DNA from: Deltaproteobacteria bacterium
GTDB lineage: Bacteria > Myxococcota_A > Polyangia > Fen-1088
Length of the DNA stretch: 64,000 nt
Assembly (NCBI GenBank): GCA_033763315.1
Contig: JANRKS010000001.1
Location: 224,001-288,000, forward strand
Reading direction: 5' to 3'
The position numbers and the translations under genes are program-made. Below are positions 9,226-18,916 of this stretch, piece after piece; the first letter of the stretch is position 1; every line of letters begins with the position of its first letter. A model generated the notes under the pieces. That model saw nothing but the letters and a program-made list of their open reading frames with translations, was not told where the DNA came from and ran no database searches.

Positions 9226-11028
9226 CTAACGCACGTCCGGTAGCGGGGCTTGCAAGACGTTTTCACGCTTGCCTGCGAGGCTGTCGAACGTGCCCACCAA
9301 CGCGGCAGCACGATCGAGCCAAGTCATGTTCCACGCGGGCGCTTGCGAGACGGCGTCGCTGTTGTCGCCTTCATCATCCAGAATCTGCGCGAGCAACGAT
9401 TGCTTCTCGGGATAAGTCACGAGTTTCACCTGTGCGCTGGACGAAAGCTTCGCGGCCTCTTTGGCCAGAGCCACGGCTGTTTCCATGCCACCTAACGCAT
9501 CCACCAAGCCCAGCTCTTTGGCTTTGCGGCCGGGCCACACGCGCCCTTGCGCCACTTGCTCCACCACCTCGGCCGATAGCTTGCGCCCTTGCGCCACCTT
9601 GCCCGTGAAATCGTCGTAAACGAAATCAAGCCAGTGGTTGAGTCGCCCGCGATCTTCCGGCGAGAAATCTGTGAGTGACGACCAAAACTGGGCGTTCGGC
9701 GATGTTGTAACGGTGCCAAACGTGACGCCAAGTTTCGCCCACAGATCGCGTGTCACCAACTTGAACGCATAAACGCCGATCGATCCCGTGAGTGTGCCGG
9801 GTTCGGCCACGATTTTGTCGGCGTTCATGGCAATGAAATAACCACCCGAAGCGGCCACGTTCCCCATCGATACGATCAGGGGTTTGCCCGCCGTTTTCAG
9901 CTCAATCGTTTCGCGCCAGATGGTGTCGGAAGCAACGTAAGAGCCGCCAGGTGAATCCACGCGCAAGATCACCGCTTTGACGTCCTTGTCGCGCGCAGCG
10001 GCTCGCAAGGCGGCCGCCACAGCGTCGGCGCCCAATGACGTTGACCCAGACAAGGGATCAAGCGATCCGGAGCCTGGCATGATTGTGCCCACGCCATACA
10101 CCACGGCAATCTTCTCGCCTGGCAGGGCCGAAGGGTCAGATGTGCCTGAGCGTTCAAGATATGCCGAGGCATATAGCAAATCAGCCGTGCCACCCGCGCG
10201 GCCCTTCACAGCCGAGATCAACTGATCACGGTAACCGATGTGATCAACCAACTTTTCCGTGAGCGCGTCCTGCGCCAGGTAGGGCCCCCGCGCGAAAACG
10301 TCTTTTGCCTTTTCAGCGTCCAGCTTACGGGCGGCCGCAATGTCCGTTGTGAGCTGATCCAGGGTGTCGGCCAAGAGCGCTTCGGTGGCGGCCTTGTGGG
10401 CCTCCGTGAAGGCGTTCTGTGTGAACATGTTAAAGGCATTCTTATAAGCCTTGCGCTGTTCGCCAACCGCGTGAACGCCGATGTTGTTCAGCACATCTTT
10501 TACGAACGGCGATTCGGCGCGCAAGCCGGTGATGCCCACAGAACCCGACGGCTGCATCCAGATCTCATCGCACGCCGTGGCTAGATAATACGGCCCGGAG
10601 CCGCCAACCATTTCGCCAAACGAAGGCGCAAAAGCATAAGCAAATTTGCCGGCTTTGCGAAAGCGCGCAATCGCGTCACGCAACTCTTGAATGGTGGCCA
10701 CACCGTGTTCGCCACCCACATAAACGATGGCACCTTTGACCTTCGTGTCTTTGGCGCCTTGATCAAGCGCAAAGATGGTTTGCGCCAAGGTGGGCTTTCC
10801 CGGCTTTATCGCGTCGATGAACGTTTCAGACCCGGGCCCGGATTCAAGCTTTCGATCCAGCCTAAGTTCCAGCACCGTGGAGGCGGGAACGGGCTTTGTT
10901 TTGGTGGCGAAGTAGATGACGAGGCCTACGGCAAGCGCGCCCACAACGAAGGTGAAAACGCCGAGCCACATGAACAGGCGCCCCAGCTTGCGCGCAAAAC
11001 CACCCGATGCCCCTGCTGTTTGAACCAT
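9226..11028 (-). CDS. sppA: Signal peptide peptidase SppA (protease IV), long form
   Basis: N-terminal TM; tandem S49 domains; YKNA, RVDSPGG, AASGGY, TGSIGV, QGRVW. Confidence 0.93.
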   Translation of the reverse strand: MVQTAGASGGFARKLGRLFMWLGVFTFVVGALAVGLVIYFATKTKPVPASTVLELRLDRKLESGPGSETFIDAIKPGKPTLAQTIFALDQGAKDTKVKGAIVYVGGEHGVATIQELRDAIARFRKAGKFAYAFAPSFGEMVGGSGPYYLATACDEIWMQPSGSVGITGLRAESPFVKDVLNNIGVHAVGEQRKAYKNAFNMFTQNAFTEAHKAATEALLADTLDQLTTDIAAARKLDAEKAKDVFARGPYLAQDALTEKLVDHIGYRDQLISAVKGRAGGTADLLYASAYLERSGTSDPSALPGEKIAVVYGVGTIMPGSGSLDPLSGSTSLGADAVAAALRAAARDKDVKAVILRVDSPGGSYVASDTIWRETIELKTAGKPLIVSMGNVAASGGYFIAMNADKIVAEPGTLTGSIGVYAFKLVTRDLWAKLGVTFGTVTTSPNAQFWSSLTDFSPEDRGRLNHWLDFVYDDFTGKVAQGRKLSAEVVEQVAQGRVWPGRKAKELGLVDALGGMETAVALAKEAAKLSSSAQVKLVTYPEKQSLLAQILDDEGDNSDAVSQAPAWNMTWLDRAAALVGTFDSLAGKRENVLQAPLPDVR

Positions 11029-11053
11029 GCACGGATCTTGCCTTGTGAACGGC

Positions 11054-11094
11054 GCGGGCGAAAGGGGTGTGCACCTTCGCCCGCCACTTTCTTT
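11054..11094. terminator. GC-rich hairpin between the lectin-like gene and sppA
   Basis: GCGGGCGAA...TTCGCCCGC stem; the T-tract is on the + strand, so its role for the - strand genes is uncertain. Confidence 0.4.
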
Positions 11095-11103
11095 GTCTCC
11101 GAG

Positions 11104-13005
11104 CTATCGCAGTTCGTTCGTCCACACGCAACGGAACGGCTGCGGCGTGGGGCCAAGATCAAGCCACGTCATATTTGCTGGGTATTGATCCGCAAACGCC
11201 GGTTCCATCATGTTCCACTTCACAGCCGCCGCGCGCAAACCTGCGCTGCCGCCGCCACCATAGCCAAGGTCTGATGTCTGCAGCAGTTGCATCGAGCCGT
11301 TGGGCAAACCCGCGCGGATGGCTTCGGTCAGATCGCGTTCGGTTGCCAAACTTGCGCCGCGCTTGCGGCAAAGGGCGATGGCGTTCTCCCAGCTGGCAGG
11401 CGCTCGGTCGCTGCTGTCGAACCACATCACGCCCAAGCCTTGCGGGGCTGCCACTTTGAAGCAGCCGCCGGCGCAGTCACTCGGGGCCGGCTCTTTGTAA
11501 GCGGCATTGATGGGGTAATACACGCAGCGAAACTCTTTCATCGGCTCGCTCTTATAGGCCCACGTGATGCCGGACACGGCGTTGGTGAGAAAGTGAGGAA
11601 AGTCGAGCGCCACGCCGGCCCACGCAATCACCGACGTTAGAAACTGCGGGTTGCTGTAGCCGGTGCTATCCGCCGTCCACAACCACTTGCTTGATCCTCC
11701 CGGCAAGCCCTGCATGATGAGTTCCGAAAGCGCGGCTGGCGTGGCCAAGTGCCCGCCGCGCGCAAAGCACGTTGCCTGCGCTTGCACCCAAGGGGCCGCG
11801 GGCGAATCCATGGTTTCGCTCTTAAGGTTGCTGCGGGCGCCCACGAACTCATTGGCAATAGTGGCGGGGTATGGGTTGGTTCGTGACTTGGCGCCAATAC
11901 ACCGGAACGGCCGCAACTCATTGAAGTTGCCGATGCTGAGGCGGTCCGAAAGGTTCCAAACAGGCTGTTTCCCGGTCCAACGCAGCACTACGTTGGCCGA
12001 AGGCGAGACGCTATCCGTTGTGTGGACCCACGTTGGAAATTGGCCGTTGGGCAGCTCCGCAAAAATAGCCTCCACCATGGTGCGCGAATCGGGAAGGTGA
12101 GCGCGCGCTTGCGTGCATTCCCAGATCGCCGAGCCCACCGTCTGTGCCGGACGATCTTGAATGTCGGCATTGTGTTCGTTGTCAACGGCGAAGCAGGCAG
12201 CGTTGGGCGGGCCGTAGCATGCATTCCCTGTAAAGCTGGGCGGCGCAGGTGGCGGGCACACGCAACGAAACGGTCGCTTGATCGTCGCGGGGCCATCAGT
12301 GAGCGCTGAATCGCTGAGACGTACAGCGCTGCGGCTGTTGGGGCCTCGCGGGTTGGCCGCCCAAATGAAGTTAGTGTGAATCGTTTGGCCCACGCCCGCC
12401 GCTTGTGTGGCCCCCACCCGGTAAAGTTCGCTGATGGTCGGCAAGCGGCCACCAAACTGCGCGCAAGTCGCTTCGGCCACCGGTTGCGTGTCGGGCGCGC
12501 GCTCGGTGCGATCCCATTTGATCTTCCAGTCGTCATCTTGCGCTTCACGCAGGCTCAAGCGGCACGCCGCCCGGCAGGTGCCTGCAGCGCACTCTTCGTT
12601 GGCGCCACACGCGTTGCCGCAACGTCCACAGTTCTGTGCGTCGTTTTGAAGATCAACGCACGTAACGTCGCACAGCGCTGCTCCCTCGGTGCAAATGGGC
12701 ACGCAACGACCCGCCGAGCACACTTGTGTCTCAGTGCAAGCCACACCCACAACGCCGCAGTTCTTGTTGTCGGTTTGCGTGTCGATGCATCCGCCGTCGG
12801 CACCCACGGGGCCACCGTCGCATGCGTCCGAGGTGTCAGCCACGGCGTCGGGCATCGACATCGGCAGCGCGTCCACACACCCCGCATCGCCTGCGCAAGG
12901 ATCTCCCGCCACGGGCTTGGCCGTCACGTGAATTTCGCCACAGCCAGCCACCGCCAGCAAAGCGAGCAAGTACGTTCGATGAAACCGTAGGATAGGGGCC
13001 GTCAT
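11104..13005 (-). CDS. Lipoprotein with Cys-rich stalk and four tandem C-type-lectin-fold (Lcl-C/DUF1566-like) domains
   Basis: Lipobox AVAG-C; DxxNCGxCGxxC repeats; four units of A..C...G..L.T..EL...GLP.G...FRC(V/I). Confidence 0.7.
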   Translation of the reverse strand: MTAPILRFHRTYLLALLAVAGCGEIHVTAKPVAGDPCAGDAGCVDALPMSMPDAVADTSDACDGGPVGADGGCIDTQTDNKNCGVVGVACTETQVCSAGRCVPICTEGAALCDVTCVDLQNDAQNCGRCGNACGANEECAAGTCRAACRLSLREAQDDDWKIKWDRTERAPDTQPVAEATCAQFGGRLPTISELYRVGATQAAGVGQTIHTNFIWAANPRGPNSRSAVRLSDSALTDGPATIKRPFRCVCPPPAPPSFTGNACYGPPNAACFAVDNEHNADIQDRPAQTVGSAIWECTQARAHLPDSRTMVEAIFAELPNGQFPTWVHTTDSVSPSANVVLRWTGKQPVWNLSDRLSIGNFNELRPFRCIGAKSRTNPYPATIANEFVGARSNLKSETMDSPAAPWVQAQATCFARGGHLATPAALSELIMQGLPGGSSKWLWTADSTGYSNPQFLTSVIAWAGVALDFPHFLTNAVSGITWAYKSEPMKEFRCVYYPINAAYKEPAPSDCAGGCFKVAAPQGLGVMWFDSSDRAPASWENAIALCRKRGASLATERDLTEAIRAGLPNGSMQLLQTSDLGYGGGGSAGLRAAAVKWNMMEPAFADQYPANMTWLDLGPTPQPFRCVWTNELR

Positions 13006-13228
13006 GACGCGCCCAAGATACTCCGCCTGCGCCGCCTGCCAAGCCGGCAAATGTCGTTTCATAGCCCCTCGGGGTGCGATTTTGGCGCGGGCGGCATTCA
13101 CGGGAGGGTGCCTCGACTCGGACGAAAAGAGCTGGATACAAGCGCCGGGTGCGATTTGGCGGCTTACTTAACCGCTTTGCGGGCCTTGGTGGCGCGTGGC
13201 TTGGGGGCGGCCTTCTTTGGTTCCCCTG

Positions 13229-14941
13229 CTAGGGGCCGCTGGCTGAAAGCGACAAATCCAACTCTAAAAGGTCGCCCGTATTTATAAGTTCGCCACCCAT
13301 GCGTGAAATTTGCGATGTGGCCAATGAGATGGCGTCACGCGTGTCCACATCCGCTGATTCGGCCTGCTGGCTCAACAAACGTTTGATGTTGACGTGCAAG
13401 GCGCCCAGCGCCGCACGATTGCTGAACACCGCCGGCCGGCGCTTTTCGCTGTAATACCACCCTAAACCGTTATCTTCATTCGATAGAGCCAAGCCGATGC
13501 GGTTGCCCGGCAAGCTCTCAACGCCCGCCGCTTTTGTTTCGCCCGCCTTTGAAAAAGACCACAGGCGCGGCGTGCGTTGCCCGAACGCCGCGGCTTCAGC
13601 GGGCGCATCCGCGCGGCTTGAGAGCCACGCGGCCACGGCATCTGATTTTTGTGCGTCAAGCGACGCCATCCACAACACCGAGGTCGTTTGATCGGCTTGC
13701 ACAGGGGCACGCACCGCCACGGCCACATTGCGCACGTTTTTTCCCAGATCAGGCGACGCCAATCCATCAAGCGTTTGTGCAAACGTTCCCAGCATGAGAT
13801 GCGGCCAAAACCGTGTGAGTGTGATCGCCATGGATGCAAAGCCACACGCTTGCCATTGGGTCTGCGTGTCTTGCCATGTTTTGCCCAACACGGTGGGGCG
13901 CGGCACGTTCATCCAGGCTGAGGCGTCATCCAGATACAAAGCCGCGGCACCAAGACCGGCGTCAGCCAACGATCGCGTATCCACCAAGCCATCGTGGCTG
14001 CCACCTTTGCGCAGCAGCGCTTGCATGCCGAGCGCGGGTGCAAACGACAGGCGTACCTTCCAATCAAACGGATTGAGCCGCGCCACCAAAGCGGCGTCAC
14101 TAAAGAACGCGCCTGCATTGCTGCTGAATTTGGCGCGACAAGCGGCTGGCAACACAGCCACCAAGTGATTGGGTTGCACCACCACAGCCAACGACGCGCG
14201 TGCCCCCAACAAAGCGCGCGTGCCCTGCGACCACACCGATGCCAACGTTGTGATGTTGGTTTGCGAAAGCACCGCTTGCATGCTGCTTGTGAAGATCCCG
14301 CTTGCCTTCTTGCCGGGAGGCTTGGGCAGATCGGGAGTGAACACATCAATCAGGGCCACGACGGCGTCTTCCACCGTCACAAAGCGAACCGAGGTGCCTT
14401 GCGCTGTGCTGGCATCAAACGCCCACAGCTCCACCGCTTGCTTTTTTGCGAGGCTGGCCAACGGTTTGGCCCACGCCGTGGCTTTGGCGCTGGAAAGCGA
14501 CGTAGAGAACTTCGCGCGCTTGAGCACGCCTTCAGCGAACGTCAGGAACTTTGCTTTGTCGTTCACAGGCACAACCAACCTGTGCGCGAACCCGAGCACC
14601 GCACGTGGCAGCTTCGGTGGCACCCGAAACAACGCCAAAAAGGCTGGTTTTTCCGCTTGAACGCCTCGATCCAACAATTCGGATTCTGAAAACGCGGGCA
14701 AAGCCAGCGGCGCGCGCAGCGCTGTTAACGCTTGAGCCACCTGAGGGTAAAGGCCTGTCAGTAGATCCGCGAACGCGAAGCCATCTTCCGCCTCTGGCAA
14801 ACGCAAAGCCACCAGCAGCGCGGCGTCGGCAGGCACGTGTTCCGCAACGGCGGGGGCAGCGGCTTCTTGGGCGCGCGCCGGGGCGCTTGCGATTGCCACG
14901 ATCGCCGCACCCCAGGCAGCTGCTTTGAGCCAAGCGTTCAC
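13229..14941 (-). CDS. Hypothetical secreted protein
   Basis: 570-aa ORF with signal peptide (ARA-QE); no family recognised. Confidence 0.75.
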   Translation of the reverse strand: MNAWLKAAAWGAAIVAIASAPARAQEAAAPAVAEHVPADAALLVALRLPEAEDGFAFADLLTGLYPQVAQALTALRAPLALPAFSESELLDRGVQAEKPAFLALFRVPPKLPRAVLGFAHRLVVPVNDKAKFLTFAEGVLKRAKFSTSLSSAKATAWAKPLASLAKKQAVELWAFDASTAQGTSVRFVTVEDAVVALIDVFTPDLPKPPGKKASGIFTSSMQAVLSQTNITTLASVWSQGTRALLGARASLAVVVQPNHLVAVLPAACRAKFSSNAGAFFSDAALVARLNPFDWKVRLSFAPALGMQALLRKGGSHDGLVDTRSLADAGLGAAALYLDDASAWMNVPRPTVLGKTWQDTQTQWQACGFASMAITLTRFWPHLMLGTFAQTLDGLASPDLGKNVRNVAVAVRAPVQADQTTSVLWMASLDAQKSDAVAAWLSSRADAPAEAAAFGQRTPRLWSFSKAGETKAAGVESLPGNRIGLALSNEDNGLGWYYSEKRRPAVFSNRAALGALHVNIKRLLSQQAESADVDTRDAISLATSQISRMGGELINTGDLLELDLSLSASGP

Positions 14942-14987
14942 GAGTGCGCGAATCTTAGCCCAGCTTACGCTGCGTCTTACAGAAAGT

Positions 14988-16076
14988 TTAAGAAGGCGGC
15001 CGGCCGGGTGGGGCCATGATCATCTCATTAATGATGGCCTCCACGGTGGCAACGGGCGCGGCGGGTACCAAGTAAGCCTGGTCTTTCACGGGGCTCGGAA
15101 CCCAGGTGTTTTGAGATTTTTCGTGATGGCTGCCGGGCCACACCTTGCCCAGCATCTCGTAATGGTTGGATCCGCCTTGCACCAAACCAAAGTATGTGAC
15201 GCCTCCAAACGCGGCGCCTCGCACCCCGTAAAGCACGGAAAGCTCATCCCAGCTTTCGCGCTTCTGGCCGCCGTTGAAATGCAGCCATGACAGGGCCACG
15301 GGGTTGCGGCTGGCATTGGGCAGCTGCTGCAGCTCGCCTCCCACAAAATACTGGCGCCCGAGCTCGTAGCCCCCGAACACGGCGCGGCCCGGCCAATTGT
15401 TGATCACGCGTTCTGCGGCGTTGCCGTAATGGTCGAGGTTAAATTCTCCATCTTCACCCGACGTTGGATAGCCACCACCCATGCATGACCACAGCTTCAC
15501 TTTGCGCTCCACAAGTTCGCGGCCGGTCAGTGGCGAAAGCTCATCGGCAGGCGATTGCAGCAGACCATCAAGGTTCGTGAGATAACCAACGCTGATGATG
15601 GTGACGCTGGCGTCAGGTTGTGCCGCCAACAAGCGCCGGTAAAGCTGAACGCCATCTTCTGCATCGGCGCCGGTCTTCAGATCGTGCGGCAAACCGGCCT
15701 TCACCACTTTCTCAGCGTATGGACCCACGCGACCGATGTTTTGGTGTGGCCCCTTAAATACACCGATCGGAATGTTGGGCCGGCCGTAATAAGTGTTCAC
15801 CACATCGACGAGTGGCGGCGTCCAGATGCCATCATAATTTTGCAAACTCTCGCTGACCACGACGCCCAGCACTTCACATTCACCGGCGTCCTGCATCTTG
15901 TGCAACATGGCCAATCCGCCGACGTCATCCACATCAAGCGCCATATCCGTGTCGTAGATCACCTTGACGGGCGCCTGCGCGGCCGGCGCAGGTGCGGCTG
16001 CCTTGTGAGCACAGGCCGCGAGCAGCGGTGCGGCGATCAGCAGCGCGGTCATCCATGCCGATGTAATCGTTTTCAT
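14988..16076 (-). CDS. Nucleoside hydrolase (IU-NH) family lipoprotein
   Basis: IYDTDMALDVDDVGGL, VGYLTNL, MGG, EFN, WD motifs; lipobox LLAA-C; ORF track start is over-extended. Confidence 0.85.
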   Translation of the reverse strand: MKTITSAWMTALLIAAPLLAACAHKAAAPAPAAQAPVKVIYDTDMALDVDDVGGLAMLHKMQDAGECEVLGVVVSESLQNYDGIWTPPLVDVVNTYYGRPNIPIGVFKGPHQNIGRVGPYAEKVVKAGLPHDLKTGADAEDGVQLYRRLLAAQPDASVTIISVGYLTNLDGLLQSPADELSPLTGRELVERKVKLWSCMGGGYPTSGEDGEFNLDHYGNAAERVINNWPGRAVFGGYELGRQYFVGGELQQLPNASRNPVALSWLHFNGGQKRESWDELSVLYGVRGAAFGGVTYFGLVQGGSNHYEMLGKVWPGSHHEKSQNTWVPSPVKDQAYLVPAAPVATVEAIINEMIMAPPGRPPS

Positions 16077-16161
16077 GCGCGCAATATAGGCCTTTGGACG
16101 TCGGCGGGCAACCTGGCAATTCTGCGGAGGGGGTGGGGCAGGCCGGGGTTTTGCAAGCGGC

Positions 16162-17067
16162 CTAGATGTCTTCAAGCGACTTGAGCAGAGGCCCCAGCAT
16201 TGTGGCCGGTATCTCAAGCAGCGATTCTTGCTTCGAAGCAACCGCCCCTTGCACCAGCATAACGTTCGCCGCCGTGAGCTCGCCTTCAACGAAGTCCTCG
16301 TCGAATTCGAACACGCGCGCAGGTGGCACATCCGCAGATGGTGTTTGTGCCTGCGCGTTCGCGGGCAGCGCGGGCTTTCGTGGTTGATCAGCCGCCACAG
16401 AGATGACGCGCGGCCGAGACGTGACATGCATCATCGCAGGCGCCGCCGCAGGCTGTGTGTCGGGGTTTTGCGCGATCCGCAGCGGCTTCGTTGGCAGTGC
16501 GACGTGAGCGAAGAGCGCAGCGCCCATGGTGGCCGTGGCCATCGGTGCATAGATGGGAAGAAAGATCGCGCGCAGGGGTGCAAGCGTCAGGCGAAGCCGT
16601 GCGATGCCCCGATGAACATGCACGCGTGCGGTGCTTAGAGGCTTGACTTGCTTGTCGCCATCGCTGAAGAAGCGTTCGCGTACGGCCTGGTTTAAGGGCG
16701 CTGGCAGCGATTGCAGCGCTATAGACAAGGCGCGCCGTTCTTCACACGTCACCACCGTGTCTTCAGGTGAAGGCGCAGGGGGGCAAGGCATCAACGCGAG
16801 CCCGGCGTGAGCGCGGGAGGCGCGCGAGATCCCACGCAACCGATCCAACGCCACGTTGCTGAAAATTCGGTTCACCCAAGCGCCCCAATGCCCATCCGGA
16901 GGCGGCGAGGTGAAGGCCCGCAATAGTGACTCCGAAACGATGTCGTCGCGCTCAGGCTGCAAAGGCAACGGCAGGTGACGGCGCCTTAGCTGCTGGGCAA
17001 GCGATTGCCACAGCGCCTCGGGGCAGGACGAAGACACAACGCAAGAAGACTCAGGTACGTGCGGCAT
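16162..17067 (-). CDS. ECF sigma-70 factor with hydrophobic segment and GltF/CglF-like C-terminal extension
   Basis: Sigma2 (DDIVSESLLRAF, AWVNRIFSNVALDRLR), PED linker, sigma4-like LQSLP...STARVHVHRGIARLR; AGGAG RBS. Confidence 0.7.
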   Translation of the reverse strand: MPHVPESSCVVSSSCPEALWQSLAQQLRRRHLPLPLQPERDDIVSESLLRAFTSPPPDGHWGAWVNRIFSNVALDRLRGISRASRAHAGLALMPCPPAPSPEDTVVTCEERRALSIALQSLPAPLNQAVRERFFSDGDKQVKPLSTARVHVHRGIARLRLTLAPLRAIFLPIYAPMATATMGAALFAHVALPTKPLRIAQNPDTQPAAAPAMMHVTSRPRVISVAADQPRKPALPANAQAQTPSADVPPARVFEFDEDFVEGELTAANVMLVQGAVASKQESLLEIPATMLGPLLKSLEDI

Positions 17068-17169
17068 GAAACGTTCTCCTGCTCCTTTAACGATACAGCC
17101 GGCCGATCGTTTCAGGCCAAGTGTTTTTTGAGGCAAGCCGCGCGTCATACCCGCGAGTCAGAGGACTCA

Positions 17170-17500
17170 CGCTGCGTCACGGCCGATGGGCCGGGGCAAT
17201 ACACGGCGCATTTCGGATACTCGAACTCTGTCGCTGACTCGGTGCGCGCCCGTGGGGACGAACAACAAGTTCACGCCTTCGCCGCTCGATCGGGGGCAAC
17301 CTGTGCTGTTTGCGCCGGGGCGACACGTGGATGTGTTCACGGGTGGCCTTCAACGGCTCGAACCTTGTGTGGAAGCTTGGGCCGCGGACGTCAACGGCGT
17401 CGGCCAACTCCACACGCTGCCAGGTGCCCGCCGCGGGCGCTCCCGATGCAGCGATTCCAGACGCCGCCCCTGTCGACCTCTGCGCACCGGTGCTGAGTTT
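17170..17500 (+). pseudogene. Frameshifted remnant of an extracellular beta-sandwich domain
   Basis: Three frames join into CVTADGPGQYTAHFGYSN / PVGTNNKFTPSPLDRGQPVLFAPGRHVDVFT / VAFNGSNLVWKLGPRTSTASANSTRC, with shifts near 17248 and 17341. Confidence 0.7.
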
Positions 17501-17633
17501 CAGGTTAAACTTTACGACAATCTGCAGAGGTTTGGGATCGTGAAGCCCATGTCGATTTACCCTGCCACTTTTTATAGCGGCTACATACATCATTGGGGAC
17601 TTCAGGGGGCAGAAGGTTTTCCCAGCCGCGAGG

Positions 17634-18017
17634 TTGCTATTTCGGTTTGGAAGCTTGAGGATCAGCCAGTCTGTCCGATTGGTTTTAGTCGCGACGACCA
17701 AAGTTTTGCACACTGAAACACGATCGGAAGATAACCACGAGATGGTTGTTGTGTTGACGACAGTTCTGTCTTGGTTTGTGTTCCTCGTTTCAGCATTCAT
17801 CGTGGACGGCTGGATGCTCAGCGCACTGTGGTGTGTCGGTTTAGTCTTTGCGGCTTTGCGAAGGCGAACTAACAGGCGGACCACGGGCCAGGCCATGGTC
17901 TTCGCTGGGTCAACTACCCTCGCGGCAACCATCGCCGTTTTGATACTGAACCATTACATTGCCGCGGCTCATGCCAGAACGATAGTCGAGGCCTGCGAGC
18001 GTTCGGGCGCGTTCTAA
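17634..18017 (+). CDS. Small multi-TM hypothetical protein (start uncertain, possibly truncated)
   Basis: Three hydrophobic segments; lies in an AT-richer patch. Confidence 0.4.
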   Translation: MLFRFGSLRISQSVRLVLVATTKVLHTETRSEDNHEMVVVLTTVLSWFVFLVSAFIVDGWMLSALWCVGLVFAALRRRTNRRTTGQAMVFAGSTTLAATIAVLILNHYIAAAHARTIVEACERSGAF

Positions 18018-18030
18018 ACGAGTTGCTCTC

Positions 18031-18531
18031 ATGAAAGTTCATGTTTCTTTCGCAGTTGTTGTCTTTGCCGTCGCATGCACTCGAAATGTTAGGCACGACT
18101 CTGCCGAATATCCAACAGACCTAAACATGGCCACGCAGCGTATTCAGGAGCTGGCTTGTGTCTCAGAGCGTCTCCACCACACTGGAAGGGCTTACGAGCG
18201 CGCAGAACTACTGCGTCTTCTCGGTCTTCCGAAGAATGTTAGAGGCCGTTACTCGGAACTAAATTTTCTAAAAGGCGAGACGTTCCGCCTTTCGCCCAAG
18301 TACTACCTGAGCTTTACTCTTGCCGGTGATTGCCGGGATAAGTTGGTGCTTGAAGAAATGACAGACAAGCGGGGTAGGTCGCAGGAACGCCGAGAGGAAA
18401 TACTGTATGCAGAACAGTGCACGTTCGATGGGCCTGTGGTCGTTGAGTCTACATTTGCGATAGTCAAGAGCCCAACCGAATCCTGTGAGACTTGCCTAGG
18501 GTGTGCTGAAAAGCGAACGACTAGCGATTGA
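18031..18531 (+). CDS. Hypothetical lipoprotein
   Basis: MKVHVSFAVVVFAVA-C lipoprotein signal; atypical, AT-richer codon usage. Confidence 0.6.
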   Translation: MKVHVSFAVVVFAVACTRNVRHDSAEYPTDLNMATQRIQELACVSERLHHTGRAYERAELLRLLGLPKNVRGRYSELNFLKGETFRLSPKYYLSFTLAGDCRDKLVLEEMTDKRGRSQERREEILYAEQCTFDGPVVVESTFAIVKSPTESCETCLGCAEKRTTSD

Positions 18532-18916
18532 TAGCTGTTGATGGCCGAATTGAGTGCGCCGGGATAAAGTCGGCGTTCAATTGTACGTGTTAGGGGCCGA
18601 TGCAGGCGCGGCGGTAATTGAAATACGATGTGCTTGGGCGGATGGCGTAGTTCAGATCTTGTTCTTGGCGCCAGTGGTGCTGCAACAGCACGCGGTTCGC
18701 CTGCTGATAAGAGCGTTTTTGCCTGTTCCGCAGCGTGAATTGAATCGCGCCTCAACGAGAGTCATGGCCCATGCCTCCGCCCTCTAGGGCATGCGCCATG
18801 GTCGTTCGATTGTCGCGCGGCCAATGGAGGGTTTGGTGACCTCTCTGCCGCGGATAGCTCAAGTAGCTAACGTTGTCTAGCCTGCTGAAAAAATCTGGAC
18901 GCCTGCGTAAGGCGCG

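Noticed and set aside
16077-16427. N-terminal extension of the nucleoside hydrolase ORF (similar cases at 26844-27017 and 63598-63774)
   Set aside because: Overlaps neighbouring genes; signal peptides or conserved N-termini support the downstream starts
18540-18916. Short ORFs and possible IS ends
   Set aside because: No transposase motifs, terminal inverted repeats or convincing RBS-supported ORF
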